A stretch of 64,000 nt of DNA from an uncultured Gammaproteobacteria bacterium (lineage in GTDB: Bacteria; Patescibacteriota; Microgenomatia; UBA10105; UBA927), in the NCBI GenBank assembly GCA_964367095.1, contig CAYIXE010000001.1:2803-66802 (forward strand), in the 5' to 3' direction. The translations under genes were made by a program, and so were the position numbers. How positions within the stretch are numbered: the stretch's first letter is position 1; every line of letters starts with the position of its first letter. This document shows positions 19,189 through 28,497 of this stretch, in pieces. Under the pieces are notes generated by a model, which made no database searches, was not told the DNA's origin, and was given only the letters and a program-made list of their open reading frames with translations.

Positions 19189-20250
19189 TTATATCGAAGG
19201 GTTAATAACAGTATTATACACAGCTATTGTTTCGCGAGCTACACGATCCCAACTAAATTTGTTAGCCCACGTATGACCCTCACGTATCAATTCTTCCCGT
19301 TTTGATTGCGGAAATGAAAATGCTTCTTCTATCTTTTGTACAATACTTTCTCTATCATTTGGATCACAAATGAGTGATGGGCCAGCAATTTCTTTCAAAC
19401 TCCCACCATGCGTCGCAATCACCACCGTACCTGCAGACATCGCCTCAAGAACCGGCAATCCAAACCCTTCATAATACGAAGGAAGTACGCACATACTCGC
19501 TTGAGAAAGAAACGCGGGCAAATCATCATCCGATACTCGATCTACTCTCTCTACAGAAGATTCGAGATGAAATTTTTTAATATAGGTATCAATCGTTTTC
19601 GCTTCCATTGAATCACCCAAAAATGCTTGTCCCACTAGAAACAGCTTCTCTCCGGATCGCATCATACCTTTCGTAATCAGAATTTGCCACGCGTTGAGAA
19701 GTCCAAGAATATTTTTGTTCCAATTGATGTCCCCTACATACACTGCAAATCGTTTGGGGAGTGCATACTTTTTTGCCACACGCTTCACGACATCGGTGCT
19801 AATAGATTTTGTAAACGCACTGCTTGGGGCTAACGGCACTACATCAATTGTATCTGCAGGTCTACGCAATATGTTTACGACATCATTTTTTGAACTGATA
19901 CTATCAGTAATAATCCTTCTGGCTCGCGACAAATTCCACTTTTGTATTTGCCATTTAAGCTCCCCCCGCATGCCTCTTGGGAAATGCTCCGGAAACACGA
20001 GCGGCGTAAGGTCGTGCACCGTCACTACAAATGGTTTCTTAATAAATAACGGCAATGTAATAAAAAATGGATCAAAATTTGTGAAGTGAACAATATCTAC
20101 TTCTTTTGAAATATCACGAAAACTAGAAAATTCGTGGATGGAAACGCTGTTATTTTTTTTGAGTGCGTTGATGAGTTCTCGGGTGTACACGCCCACTCCC
20201 CGTGTTTTGTGGCCGCTTGAGAGAGGTGACGTGCTTATGGCTATATTCAT
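19189..20250 (-). CDS. GT4 (GT-B fold) glycosyltransferase
   Basis: MNIAISTSPLSSGHKTRGVGVYTRELI N-terminus. C-terminal GFGLPVLEAMSAGTVVIAT. Start at the ATG at 20250 preferred over 20355, which would overlap the Bro-N ORF. Confidence 0.7.
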   Translation of the reverse strand: MNIAISTSPLSSGHKTRGVGVYTRELINALKKNNSVSIHEFSSFRDISKEVDIVHFTNFDPFFITLPLFIKKPFVVTVHDLTPLVFPEHFPRGMRGELKWQIQKWNLSRARRIITDSISSKNDVVNILRRPADTIDVVPLAPSSAFTKSISTDVVKRVAKKYALPKRFAVYVGDINWNKNILGLLNAWQILITKGMMRSGEKLFLVGQAFLGDSMEAKTIDTYIKKFHLESSVERVDRVSDDDLPAFLSQASMCVLPSYYEGFGLPVLEAMSAGTVVIATHGGSLKEIAGPSLICDPNDRESIVQKIEEAFSFPQSKREELIREGHTWANKFSWDRVARETIAVYNTVINPSI

Positions 20251-20326
20251 AAAGTATGTTATTTTTTCTTTCCCCTGGATAATTTCTTTACAAAAATATC
20301 CTTTCCTGCTCGCAAACTTTTTTGCA

Positions 20327-20578
20327 TTAGCAGAGGTGATAACGTTTTTTTCCATCAGTAGAAATCATTTTCAACTGTACGATTCTTTCGTACACTTCAC
20401 TCCCTTCACCCTGAAGTTTACTTTTTAAATCTGTCCAATAACGTCTGGGGATTGTGGAGTCAGTCAACACCTCTATAACATCAATAACAGAAAAATACCA
20501 GATTTCTTTATCACCATTCCAATGTCTTCGAACAGTCTTTTGATTAAAAAATGCAATACTTTGGTCTTTTTTTTTCAT
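20327..20578 (-). CDS. short Bro-N-like ORF (83 aa), probably a truncated remnant of a longer phage-associated Bro-N/KilA-N-type gene
   Basis: IAFFNQKTVRRHWNGDKEIWYFSVIDVIEVLTDS...RYWTDLKSKL...VQLKMISTDGKK. Full-length relatives continue past ...TDGKK; here the ORF stops (…RYHLC). Confidence 0.35.
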   Translation of the reverse strand: MKKKDQSIAFFNQKTVRRHWNGDKEIWYFSVIDVIEVLTDSTIPRRYWTDLKSKLQGEGSEVYERIVQLKMISTDGKKRYHLC

Positions 20579-20684
20579 AGGATCATTACCTAAGATTTTA
20601 TCAACATTTAAACCTTCTGAAAGGGAGTACTTTCAAGTATACCAAAATGTCAGAAGCGAGACACAAATTGAGAGATAAGAGCGG

Positions 20685-20903
20685 TTACGCATCTTCAAGT
20701 TCCTGCTTAGTTACATTCGCTTGCTTTAATAGCGAAGCAAGCGTACCCAACGCAATTTCTTTATGATTCGGAACAATAGTTGTTTGAAGCTTGCCACCTC
20801 GAACGCCTCGCATTTTTATATGACTTCCTTTTTGGGATACAATCATAAAACCTAATCGCTTCAGACGTGTAATTATATCTCTTCCTGAATACAATTTAGG
20901 CAT
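20685..20903 (-). CDS. hicA: HicA toxin (type II TA, mRNA interferase)
   Basis: 72 aa. RLKRLGFMIVSQKGSHIKM...TTIVPNHKEIALGTLASLLKQANV matches the HicA consensus. Confidence 0.75.
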   Translation of the reverse strand: MPKLYSGRDIITRLKRLGFMIVSQKGSHIKMRGVRGGKLQTTIVPNHKEIALGTLASLLKQANVTKQELEDA

Positions 20904-21156
20904 ACTGAAACTTTGGGAATAATTTCTCCAATCGAAGATCAGGCAATATCTTCAAAGAATCTGCCGAAACTTTTTCATCTTCAAAATAAAGCTCAATGGC
21001 TTCATTTAAATTTATAAGTGCCTCACTCATAGATTTTCCTTGGCTGGCTATATCAATTTCCACGGCTTTGGCTACAAACCATGCACCTTCACGCCAAACG
21101 AGGGCATTCATTCCATAAGAGGCTATTTTTTGTTTTTTCTCTAATCGTTTCATCAT
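20896..21156 (-). CDS. hicB: HicB antitoxin (UPF0150 family)
   Basis: ALVWREGAWFVAKAVEIDIASQGKSMSEALINLNEAIELYFE, the HicB N-domain pattern. Overlaps hicA by 8 nt. The track start is TTG; the ATG at 21156 is preferred. Confidence 0.6.
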   Translation of the reverse strand: MMKRLEKKQKIASYGMNALVWREGAWFVAKAVEIDIASQGKSMSEALINLNEAIELYFEDEKVSADSLKILPDLRLEKLFPKFQYA

Positions 21157-21170
21157 ATAATCGTAGTATA

Positions 21171-22760
21171 TCACATCAAACAAGTCATTCTTCTTGCATA
21201 TTTACGATGAGCATAACGTACTTTGCGTATACCGAAAGCTAACAAAGAGAACAAACTGAGTAGTGATATCCCGTCGGCCAATAGCCGCAAGGGAGTCTCT
21301 TCAAATCTAACGATTAGTTGATGCTCTCCACTGGGCATATTCACATGGATAATACCGTCAGATTTATAGATGATAGTAGTTTCTTTACCGTCAACATACG
21401 CTTTCCACCCGGGAAAATAGAGTATATTCGCTGAGACAGTGCTTTCTGTTTTAGCATTGATAGTCATCTCATAGGAAAGTGGGGTCTCTTTGTACACATT
21501 TATAGCGGCATCCCCAGTGCTCGCTTGAAACCTTGTAGAAAACCGCTCTTTTTTCCATCCTGTCCATATTGTCGAGAAGCTATTACCTAAAGATGATGTG
21601 CCATCTGTAAATTCACGCCGAGAAAGGTAATGTGCATCATCCCGCTTTTCATACGTCACAGGCTTCATATATGAAAAACTTGCTATAAAAGCCAGAACGG
21701 TGAGCCCCACCATAATCCATCGTGGTGTCACAGTGGTAAGAAGCGCTCCAAGATACCCAGTGGCAATGGTGGTAACCACCAATAATCTCCATGGATACTG
21801 AATATTGCCCATAAGCGGCACGTATCGCCATAATGACAACGAGTACTCTGTCATACCAAAGATTGCAACCCCTACCACACAAAGAACGGGGAAAATTATC
21901 GCTCGTAATGCTTTCTTTCTCACTGCCGCAAAAAAACTGATACATACGATAAGAAGCGACACGATGCCAATTTGATACGACATCTCATCAGCGGTAATCC
22001 CTACACCCGAAAATCCCGTTCCCCACGATGGGAAGAGCAGCTGAAAAAGATCCGGAAAATGATCAGCATACGAAACACTATTTAAACCCACCATAAAACG
22101 GCTCTCAACGAGTGCCGGCAGCCAAAAATACGTTGCTAACCCAATTCCCGTAACAATTACTAAGATGTTGCCTCGTTTGCGATACCATGTATACAAAAAA
22201 ATAATTGGAATAAATATGAGCGCTGTAATATTGTGACTTACTATAATACCGGCTATCCCTATTGCTACACCAAAGGAAACACCATATTCTAACGCTGCAA
22301 GGGTTAACAACACAAAAGAAAGCGCCCACACCTCTCCTACTGATCCCCGTACATAAATATCCACAAACCAATACGGCACCATCGAACATATAATCGTACC
22401 TATAAGTGCTGGCTTTTTTCCAAACACTTTACGTAACCACAAAAAACACCAAAGTATAGCCGTAAGATACCCTGTAGCCAAGGTCAGCTTCACGCTGTCG
22501 ACAAACGTCGCGCCCAATGCATGGAATAAACTTCCTATATAGTTAGGGAATGGATAATGAAAAAGAAAAAGCGGTAAGCCGTATCCACTATTTAAATCAG
22601 GCGCCCATCGAGGAAATACATACCCTTGAGACAACATCTTATAAAACTGCCAGAAACGAATAATATGATACTCTCCGTCATGCGTCGGGATAAATCGAGC
22701 ACCAAAAAGCCATTGCGATGCAAATATTGCCGGAATAAGCGCGAGCAATAAAAATTTCAT
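21171..22760 (-). CDS. GT-C fold membrane glycosyltransferase, short YfhO-like paralog (1 of 5)
   Basis: About 12 TM. First-loop motif THDGEYHIIRFWQF...FPRWAPDLNSGYGLPLFLFHYP. C-terminal soluble domain with YFPGWKAYVDGKE...PSGEHQL. Confidence 0.5.
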   Translation of the reverse strand: MKFLLLALIPAIFASQWLFGARFIPTHDGEYHIIRFWQFYKMLSQGYVFPRWAPDLNSGYGLPLFLFHYPFPNYIGSLFHALGATFVDSVKLTLATGYLTAILWCFLWLRKVFGKKPALIGTIICSMVPYWFVDIYVRGSVGEVWALSFVLLTLAALEYGVSFGVAIGIAGIIVSHNITALIFIPIIFLYTWYRKRGNILVIVTGIGLATYFWLPALVESRFMVGLNSVSYADHFPDLFQLLFPSWGTGFSGVGITADEMSYQIGIVSLLIVCISFFAAVRKKALRAIIFPVLCVVGVAIFGMTEYSLSLWRYVPLMGNIQYPWRLLVVTTIATGYLGALLTTVTPRWIMVGLTVLAFIASFSYMKPVTYEKRDDAHYLSRREFTDGTSSLGNSFSTIWTGWKKERFSTRFQASTGDAAINVYKETPLSYEMTINAKTESTVSANILYFPGWKAYVDGKETTIIYKSDGIIHVNMPSGEHQLIVRFEETPLRLLADGISLLSLFSLLAFGIRKVRYAHRKYARRMTCLM

Positions 22761-23881
22761 CGTTTGTTCACAAAAATTTTATACCAAAAACTATAACAAG
22801 CCAACGGCATCCATGTCACAAAAAGCCGTATCATGGGTCCTGTGCCTCCATATTCTCTCGTCGCTATCCACGGCAAATACCGCAGCATTAATCCAAAGCT
22901 TAACATATACGCGGCTCCATGAATAAAGGATCTTTTGCCCATAGGCAACAGTGATACAAATACAAGAAACCATATGGCGTACCACGGATACATTTCTTCC
23001 CGAAGGGGGGTTAATAAAAAAACGCCAAACATACAAATTCCTACAAACAAAGCACGCTTTTCGTCTGATAAGTGACGAAAAAAAATAAAAAGCGGCAACA
23101 CCACTATAGTTGCTCCTTTCACCAATACCGAGGAGAGCATAAAACCCAATCCCATAATCCATACTGCTAACTGCGTATTACGCCAAAGATAAATTCCATA
23201 AAGAAGGAGAGCCATCATAAATGTATCATTATGGCCAGATACAAATGTCTCAATAATCACAAGCGGATTAAACGCAAAAAATAAGACGTTTCGCACGTTC
23301 TTTGTCATCCGATAAATAAGAACTCCTATCGCTACATACGAGCTGATTACCAACAATTTAAATGTGTACAACGCGACCAATACATTACCAAAAGAAAGTA
23401 CGTACGGAATCCACGTGGCAAGTATCCATATTGGCCCGTACAGTGCGAGTTTATTGGCGGCTCTGGTAAACCCAAGCATCGGCTCACCGAGAAATTCAGT
23501 CGGCATCACAAGATAGGGATTTTCGTGATAAAAAAATGCAACCTTTGCCGTAAGAATGTAGTTAAAAATGTCATGAGACAATGCAGGGTATGATAAGAAA
23601 AAGATACAACCTATCAATAACAAAAATTTCCAATATGTTTTTAGCGTTGGTAGCGTCTGTATCCTAATAATCAATGCATACAAGATAAACAAAATGAAAA
23701 CAAAAATTATATATATAATCGCGGCAACAATCGGCGTTTTATACACGATGTGAGTCAACGAATTGAGGACTGATAATGCCCACGGATGCGTCGAGATACT
23801 AAAATTTGGATCAACGAACCCAAATGAAAAAAGTGAAAATAAGAATCCGACTACTGCAAACCAAACAAGTATTGCTTTCAT
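22757..23881 (-). CDS. polytopic membrane protein, DUF2029/GT87-like putative GT-C glycosyltransferase
   Basis: SYPALSHDIFNYILTAKVAFFYHENPY motif, shared with the genes at 58659 and 31756. About 10 TM. ATGA overlap with the downstream gene. Confidence 0.4.
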   Translation of the reverse strand: MKAILVWFAVVGFLFSLFSFGFVDPNFSISTHPWALSVLNSLTHIVYKTPIVAAIIYIIFVFILFILYALIIRIQTLPTLKTYWKFLLLIGCIFFLSYPALSHDIFNYILTAKVAFFYHENPYLVMPTEFLGEPMLGFTRAANKLALYGPIWILATWIPYVLSFGNVLVALYTFKLLVISSYVAIGVLIYRMTKNVRNVLFFAFNPLVIIETFVSGHNDTFMMALLLYGIYLWRNTQLAVWIMGLGFMLSSVLVKGATIVVLPLFIFFRHLSDEKRALFVGICMFGVFLLTPLREEMYPWYAIWFLVFVSLLPMGKRSFIHGAAYMLSFGLMLRYLPWIATREYGGTGPMIRLFVTWMPLACYSFWYKIFVNKR

Positions 23882-23882
23882 A

Positions 23883-24416
23883 TTATGGATTCATACTATT
23901 CTCCCGTATATTTTGACGAAGCTTTATAGAAGCAGTCAACCGCTCATGAATGGATAACACCGTTGAGGAAATTTTTTCCGGTGTCCATATAAATTCTGGA
24001 GGCAATTCTCTATATAACTTTGTAAGTAACTTCTCGTGAGTGCTCATCTGTTCTTTTAATGATGCAACAACCAATGACATATTTTTCTTTTCCGCTTTTC
24101 CCGATTGAATACGTTCTGGTAGCTGAATAATTTCATTGTCAGAATGATTCAAGGCATCAAATGCCAATAAATATTGTTTGTACTCAAATAATATTTTCGC
24201 TTCAACCAGATATTTATCTGCCATGTTCATGATATGTTTTGCCTGCGCGATACTCCCAAAACTCCAATATCGTTTCACATGATCCAAGACGCGTGATACT
24301 CTATACATTTTATTTCCGGGCATAGCTGATGGATATGGGAGCACATATTCAGAAAATACAAGCGAAGGTGTGGAAAAAATTAAAGTCAAAAGAAAAAATG
24401 AAAGGAAATACTTCAT
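23883..24416 (-). CDS. secreted hypothetical protein with N-terminal signal peptide
   Basis: From the ATG at 24416: MKYFLSFFLLTLIFSTPSLVFSEY..., a signal-peptide-like N-terminus. No recognizable domain. The N-terminal extension in the track is probably untranslated. Confidence 0.45.
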   Translation of the reverse strand: MKYFLSFFLLTLIFSTPSLVFSEYVLPYPSAMPGNKMYRVSRVLDHVKRYWSFGSIAQAKHIMNMADKYLVEAKILFEYKQYLLAFDALNHSDNEIIQLPERIQSGKAEKKNMSLVVASLKEQMSTHEKLLTKLYRELPPEFIWTPEKISSTVLSIHERLTASIKLRQNIRENSMNP

Positions 24417-24417
24417 A

Positions 24418-25188
24418 TCACGATGCAGACATAAACTTTTTGTATGCCATAGGAAAATGGATGCTCGAGAATAGCGCAAACTGAAACCCCTGCCATCCGT
24501 CTACAAACCCCTTATGGCGAAGATAGATCGAAAAAAACGTACCAATCGGTTTGACCAAACAATACGATAAAAATAAATTAAACGTGGGTGTTTTATATAT
24601 CTTTCGCAAATCTAGAGCTGTAAGCGAGGTATACGTGTCTGCCTTTGCCCAGTATTCCTCAAGAGTATTGTTGGTGTAATGCAAAAGCGGTTCTTTAAGC
24701 GTTCCGATCTCTCCATCTATGACAATCTGTTCATGTACTGACTTGCAAGGTAACATGCCTTTACCCCTTTTAAACAATCGAACAAGATAGTCAGGATACT
24801 GTCCGCCTTTGGAAAGCCATTTGCCAATGAAGAAATTTTTGCGCGGCATTTGATACCCGGCATTTGTATTCTTTTTCTTTATTACTGACAGAATTTCGGC
24901 GCGAAGCTTTGGGCTTATGACTTCATCAGCGTCCAACTGCAATATCCAATCGCTCTTGCATGCATCTATGGCATACTGCTTATTGATATGAAACATCGCT
25001 GGATTATCTCGTTTAGAAATGTTCGCACCATACTTCTTTGCAATTTCAAGAGTTCCGTCAGTTGATCCGCCATCGACCAAGACTATTTCATCAACCCACG
25101 AAACTACAGAGGCTAAACATGCTTCTAATTTAATAACTTCGTTATATGTAGCAATTGCCACTGATAATGTTACCTTCTTTTTTGCCAT
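24418..25188 (-). CDS. GT2 glycosyltransferase (WaaE/KdtX-like)
   Basis: LSVAIATYNEVIKLEACL...IVLVDGGSTDGTLEIAKKYGA...LQLDADE. Confidence 0.7.
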   Translation of the reverse strand: MAKKKVTLSVAIATYNEVIKLEACLASVVSWVDEIVLVDGGSTDGTLEIAKKYGANISKRDNPAMFHINKQYAIDACKSDWILQLDADEVISPKLRAEILSVIKKKNTNAGYQMPRKNFFIGKWLSKGGQYPDYLVRLFKRGKGMLPCKSVHEQIVIDGEIGTLKEPLLHYTNNTLEEYWAKADTYTSLTALDLRKIYKTPTFNLFLSYCLVKPIGTFFSIYLRHKGFVDGWQGFQFALFSSIHFPMAYKKFMSAS

Positions 25189-26852
25189 AACCGCATTGTA
25201 ACAAGAAACCCCAAGAGTACAAAAATACCACCTATAGAAATCCAGTTAGAGAGTTTTCGAAACTTTGTATCGGAAAATATAATTTCAACATCATGCACTC
25301 CCTCGGGAACATCAAATGTTAACAGTCCTCGATAATTAGGGTTTTGAAATTCAATAGGAACGCGCGTTTTATCGACAAATACTTCCCAATTGGGAAAATA
25401 AAGCGTATTTTCGACAAATTTCATGGATGTTGATGAAGAAACAGCATATGAATGATATGTGCTATTTCTACGTCCGACTTCAATAGTCACATCCTTTCCA
25501 CTGATTAGCTCAATCGGCGCTTTGGCTCTCGTTTCCATAAAACGAATAGACCAAATCGGTGAACTTTCTCCTGTATCCGTAGTGCCGTTATAGACGCTGG
25601 TGAAATTACTGTCAGGCATCGATACATACTCTTTTGCGTGCCACATGGGAATGGTTCCGACAATTGCGATAGTACACAATAATCCCATCATCCATATCTT
25701 CTCTTTTTTAGAAACTATACTTATCCCAATAGCACCAACAATCGACGTTGCAAATACTGCAACACTCATCAGCCGCCAAGGAAATTGAAACTTTTGCAGA
25801 AGCGATATCGATTGCCAAACAGGCAACGCTGCATTGGTCATAAGGAAAAGTGAGAAAATAAATATGGCGACTGCCGCTATAGTGAATATCTGCATTTTTC
25901 GATTCGCTTTGGAAAACTTCACCAAGACCAATACCAACCCCAGAAGCTGTGCCACACCAAGGCTCTTACTAAACTCATTTCCACCCCCATAGTTCCACGC
26001 TGACCACAGAAACCACCGCAGCGGCACAAATCGAGTCTGAAAATCTCCGACGGTCACGATATCTCGAAGCGTATATTTCCCCTCAACAAATGCAGGTATC
26101 CAAAAAAATGCTGATAATATGAACCCAAGTGTAATACAGATAACGCTTGTGATGAAAAACCGACGTTTATCTTTTGACTCATAGACAAAAAGGTATAAAG
26201 CGTAGACACCTGCTATAGGCAAAAACATAATACTCAATGCATTATGTGAAAGAATTAATCCCGCCACACCCAACGCAACTATAACCTCCGCCTTTATTAT
26301 TCTCATATATCGATATATGAGAATTTTGGGAGTATCAAAAGATTGCTTAGCTAACATATAAAGTCCAAACATCACAAACGGTAAAAAAATAAAAGCCATA
26401 TGTTCCCCAATCGCCCCGCGAATATAGATATCGACAAACCGATAGGGAGCAAATCCATAAAGGATAGCCGCTGTAATCCCCGCTTCCATGCCCCATGCGG
26501 CATTAACCCACAGAAACATGGCAAACATGCTTGCAATAAACCCAAATGCAAAAACGAGCTTGACACTTTCTACCAATGAAAATCCAATCGTATGAAACGC
26601 TGACGCGATGTAGGATGGCAGCGGATACAAAAACATCATCACCGGATGCCCGTATCCCCAATTAAGGTTGCCAGCCCATCGCGGAACAAGGTTGCCTTCA
26701 GAAAGTGATTGATAGAAGTTGGCAATCCTTGCCACATGATCCTTACCATCATGCGTTATGGGCAATCCTGAGTTAAACAAGTCAAAAAGGGGCAAGATGG
26801 AAACAATAAGAAGTACGAACCAGATAACCAAGAGTGGAAGTAATCGCTTCAT
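25170..26852 (-). CDS. GT-C fold membrane glycosyltransferase, short YfhO-like paralog (2 of 5)
   Basis: ITHDGKDHVARIANFYQSL...VPRWAGNLNWGYGHPVMMFLYP. C-terminal YFPNWEVFVDKTRVPIEF...VPEGVHDVEIIF. Confidence 0.5.
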   Translation of the reverse strand: MKRLLPLLVIWFVLLIVSILPLFDLFNSGLPITHDGKDHVARIANFYQSLSEGNLVPRWAGNLNWGYGHPVMMFLYPLPSYIASAFHTIGFSLVESVKLVFAFGFIASMFAMFLWVNAAWGMEAGITAAILYGFAPYRFVDIYIRGAIGEHMAFIFLPFVMFGLYMLAKQSFDTPKILIYRYMRIIKAEVIVALGVAGLILSHNALSIMFLPIAGVYALYLFVYESKDKRRFFITSVICITLGFILSAFFWIPAFVEGKYTLRDIVTVGDFQTRFVPLRWFLWSAWNYGGGNEFSKSLGVAQLLGLVLVLVKFSKANRKMQIFTIAAVAIFIFSLFLMTNAALPVWQSISLLQKFQFPWRLMSVAVFATSIVGAIGISIVSKKEKIWMMGLLCTIAIVGTIPMWHAKEYVSMPDSNFTSVYNGTTDTGESSPIWSIRFMETRAKAPIELISGKDVTIEVGRRNSTYHSYAVSSSTSMKFVENTLYFPNWEVFVDKTRVPIEFQNPNYRGLLTFDVPEGVHDVEIIFSDTKFRKLSNWISIGGIFVLLGFLVTMRLWQKRR

Positions 26853-28492
26853 AACGTAAATGCAATAATTGCTTCTTTCCCGTCAAGATTCTTAAATATA
26901 TTTACCACGCGTTTTTGCGTAGGCGCATCTTTACTATCAGCAATATACAGCGTATCAGCTTTGAGCACTTCTGTAGACCAGTTTATTGAGCGAAATTCCA
27001 CATTCCCAAATCTATGCGGCTTGTCATATCCGCCTGACACACTGCCGCCGAGTGTTTGATAGAGGTTAGGATCAAACGATGAATAAAAAAGGTAAAACAT
27101 ATACGACTGGTACAAATTGCCGTTATTTGAAAAGACGATTTGTTTATATTCATTTTTCGTTCCCTGTACAAAAGCCATCGTATCTTCCATGGCATACTGA
27201 AACGAATCTGATTGTGTACGAGGAAACGTTATAAAATACCCTTTTCCAAACTGCATGAGGCTTAATAAAATAATTCCTCCTACGATAATCCATCGCGTCC
27301 ACGTAAATTTTCTTGCGACATACCATAATTCCAACACGCCGACCCCGCTTAATAACGCCAATGGAGGAAGCCATGTAAAGCTGCGCATTGCGTGTGGCGC
27401 TTGGGTTGTAATCGCGGCGGGCAATGGGCCTGAAAGTCCCCACACCAATAAAAAAAGCAGTACACGAAAATCTATATTACTAAAAACAATAAGATAAATA
27501 AGCCCCACAAGTATACTTACCAATTCCCATGAATACAAAAGGCCCATATTCGGTACTTTGTGTGCTTCCCGTTCGCTTCCCATAAATAACCATGATGGGA
27601 CAAAGTGAGAAAAGTAATTACTGGCAAAAACTCGTGCCATAACTACTTTACGATTATGTATTATCTTTCCTATAACGTCGTTAGAACTTTTTGCAATTTG
27701 TAAGGCTTGAAACGCTTGTGTATACACTGGGGCATCGACAGAGAATGCACTCGTACCTTTAAGCCTGCTCAATCCCTCACCGGTAACCGTTACATACACA
27801 GCAGGAAGTACAATAAGAAGAAATACACCTGCTGATATACACACCACTTTTATATGTTTTACGCATTCTTTCCAATACATTGCGCCAAATGCTATAAGAA
27901 GAATTGGAGTGATGAGTTTTTGGCTTTGATACCCATGAAGTGAGACGCCAAACAATATTGATGCCCACAAAAGATACCATTGTTTTTTTTCTATAATAAA
28001 CACACACAGTGCGTACACTCCCGCAAGCGTTAACGTAAATCCTAAATTCGCTTCATGTCCTAAACGGGAAATGTAAATATGCCACGGCGATATTGCCATA
28101 AGAAACGATACTGCCTCACCTAAATATCGTAATCGGCTGTTATACCGCGAAAAAAGCTTACCGAGACAAAACATCAGATACACAGCAAAAAGCGACAAAA
28201 TTATAGATGGAAATCGAACAGCTAAAGATGAAAGACCCATAAATTTTACAAACGGGATGACAATGTATACGTACATCGAAGGACGCCAATCATCATACGC
28301 GCGAAGAAGAAGCGGCAATCTATACCCGTATTCATCTTTGCCCGTCGTAAGTATGGAATATGCGTTATAGCCGATGGAAACTTCGTCAAGAGAAGGTGAA
28401 GGCGGCACAATAGCCAATGCATATAGCCGCAAAAATGCTGAAAGAAGTAAAATGAACGTGAAACCTAAATATGTACGATTAAACATAGACAT
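26849..28492 (-). CDS. PMT_2 / GT39-GT83-like (ArnT/PMT family) GT-C glycosyltransferase (1 of 5)
   Basis: PSLDEVSIGYNAYSILTTGKDEYGYRLPLLLRAYDDWRP...VRFPS, with the first-loop DE motif and a DDW/DDY second motif. About 11 TM plus a C-terminal soluble domain. Confidence 0.65.
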   Translation of the reverse strand: MSMFNRTYLGFTFILLLSAFLRLYALAIVPPSPSLDEVSIGYNAYSILTTGKDEYGYRLPLLLRAYDDWRPSMYVYIVIPFVKFMGLSSLAVRFPSIILSLFAVYLMFCLGKLFSRYNSRLRYLGEAVSFLMAISPWHIYISRLGHEANLGFTLTLAGVYALCVFIIEKKQWYLLWASILFGVSLHGYQSQKLITPILLIAFGAMYWKECVKHIKVVCISAGVFLLIVLPAVYVTVTGEGLSRLKGTSAFSVDAPVYTQAFQALQIAKSSNDVIGKIIHNRKVVMARVFASNYFSHFVPSWLFMGSEREAHKVPNMGLLYSWELVSILVGLIYLIVFSNIDFRVLLFLLVWGLSGPLPAAITTQAPHAMRSFTWLPPLALLSGVGVLELWYVARKFTWTRWIIVGGIILLSLMQFGKGYFITFPRTQSDSFQYAMEDTMAFVQGTKNEYKQIVFSNNGNLYQSYMFYLFYSSFDPNLYQTLGGSVSGGYDKPHRFGNVEFRSINWSTEVLKADTLYIADSKDAPTQKRVVNIFKNLDGKEAIIAFTL

Positions 28493-28497
28493 GCCTT

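Noticed and set aside
20618-20635. Hairpin TGAAAG-GGAGTA-CTTTCA downstream of hicA as an intrinsic terminator
   Set aside because: The stem is only 6 bp, it is AT-rich, and no U-tract follows it. It is not distinguishable from background.
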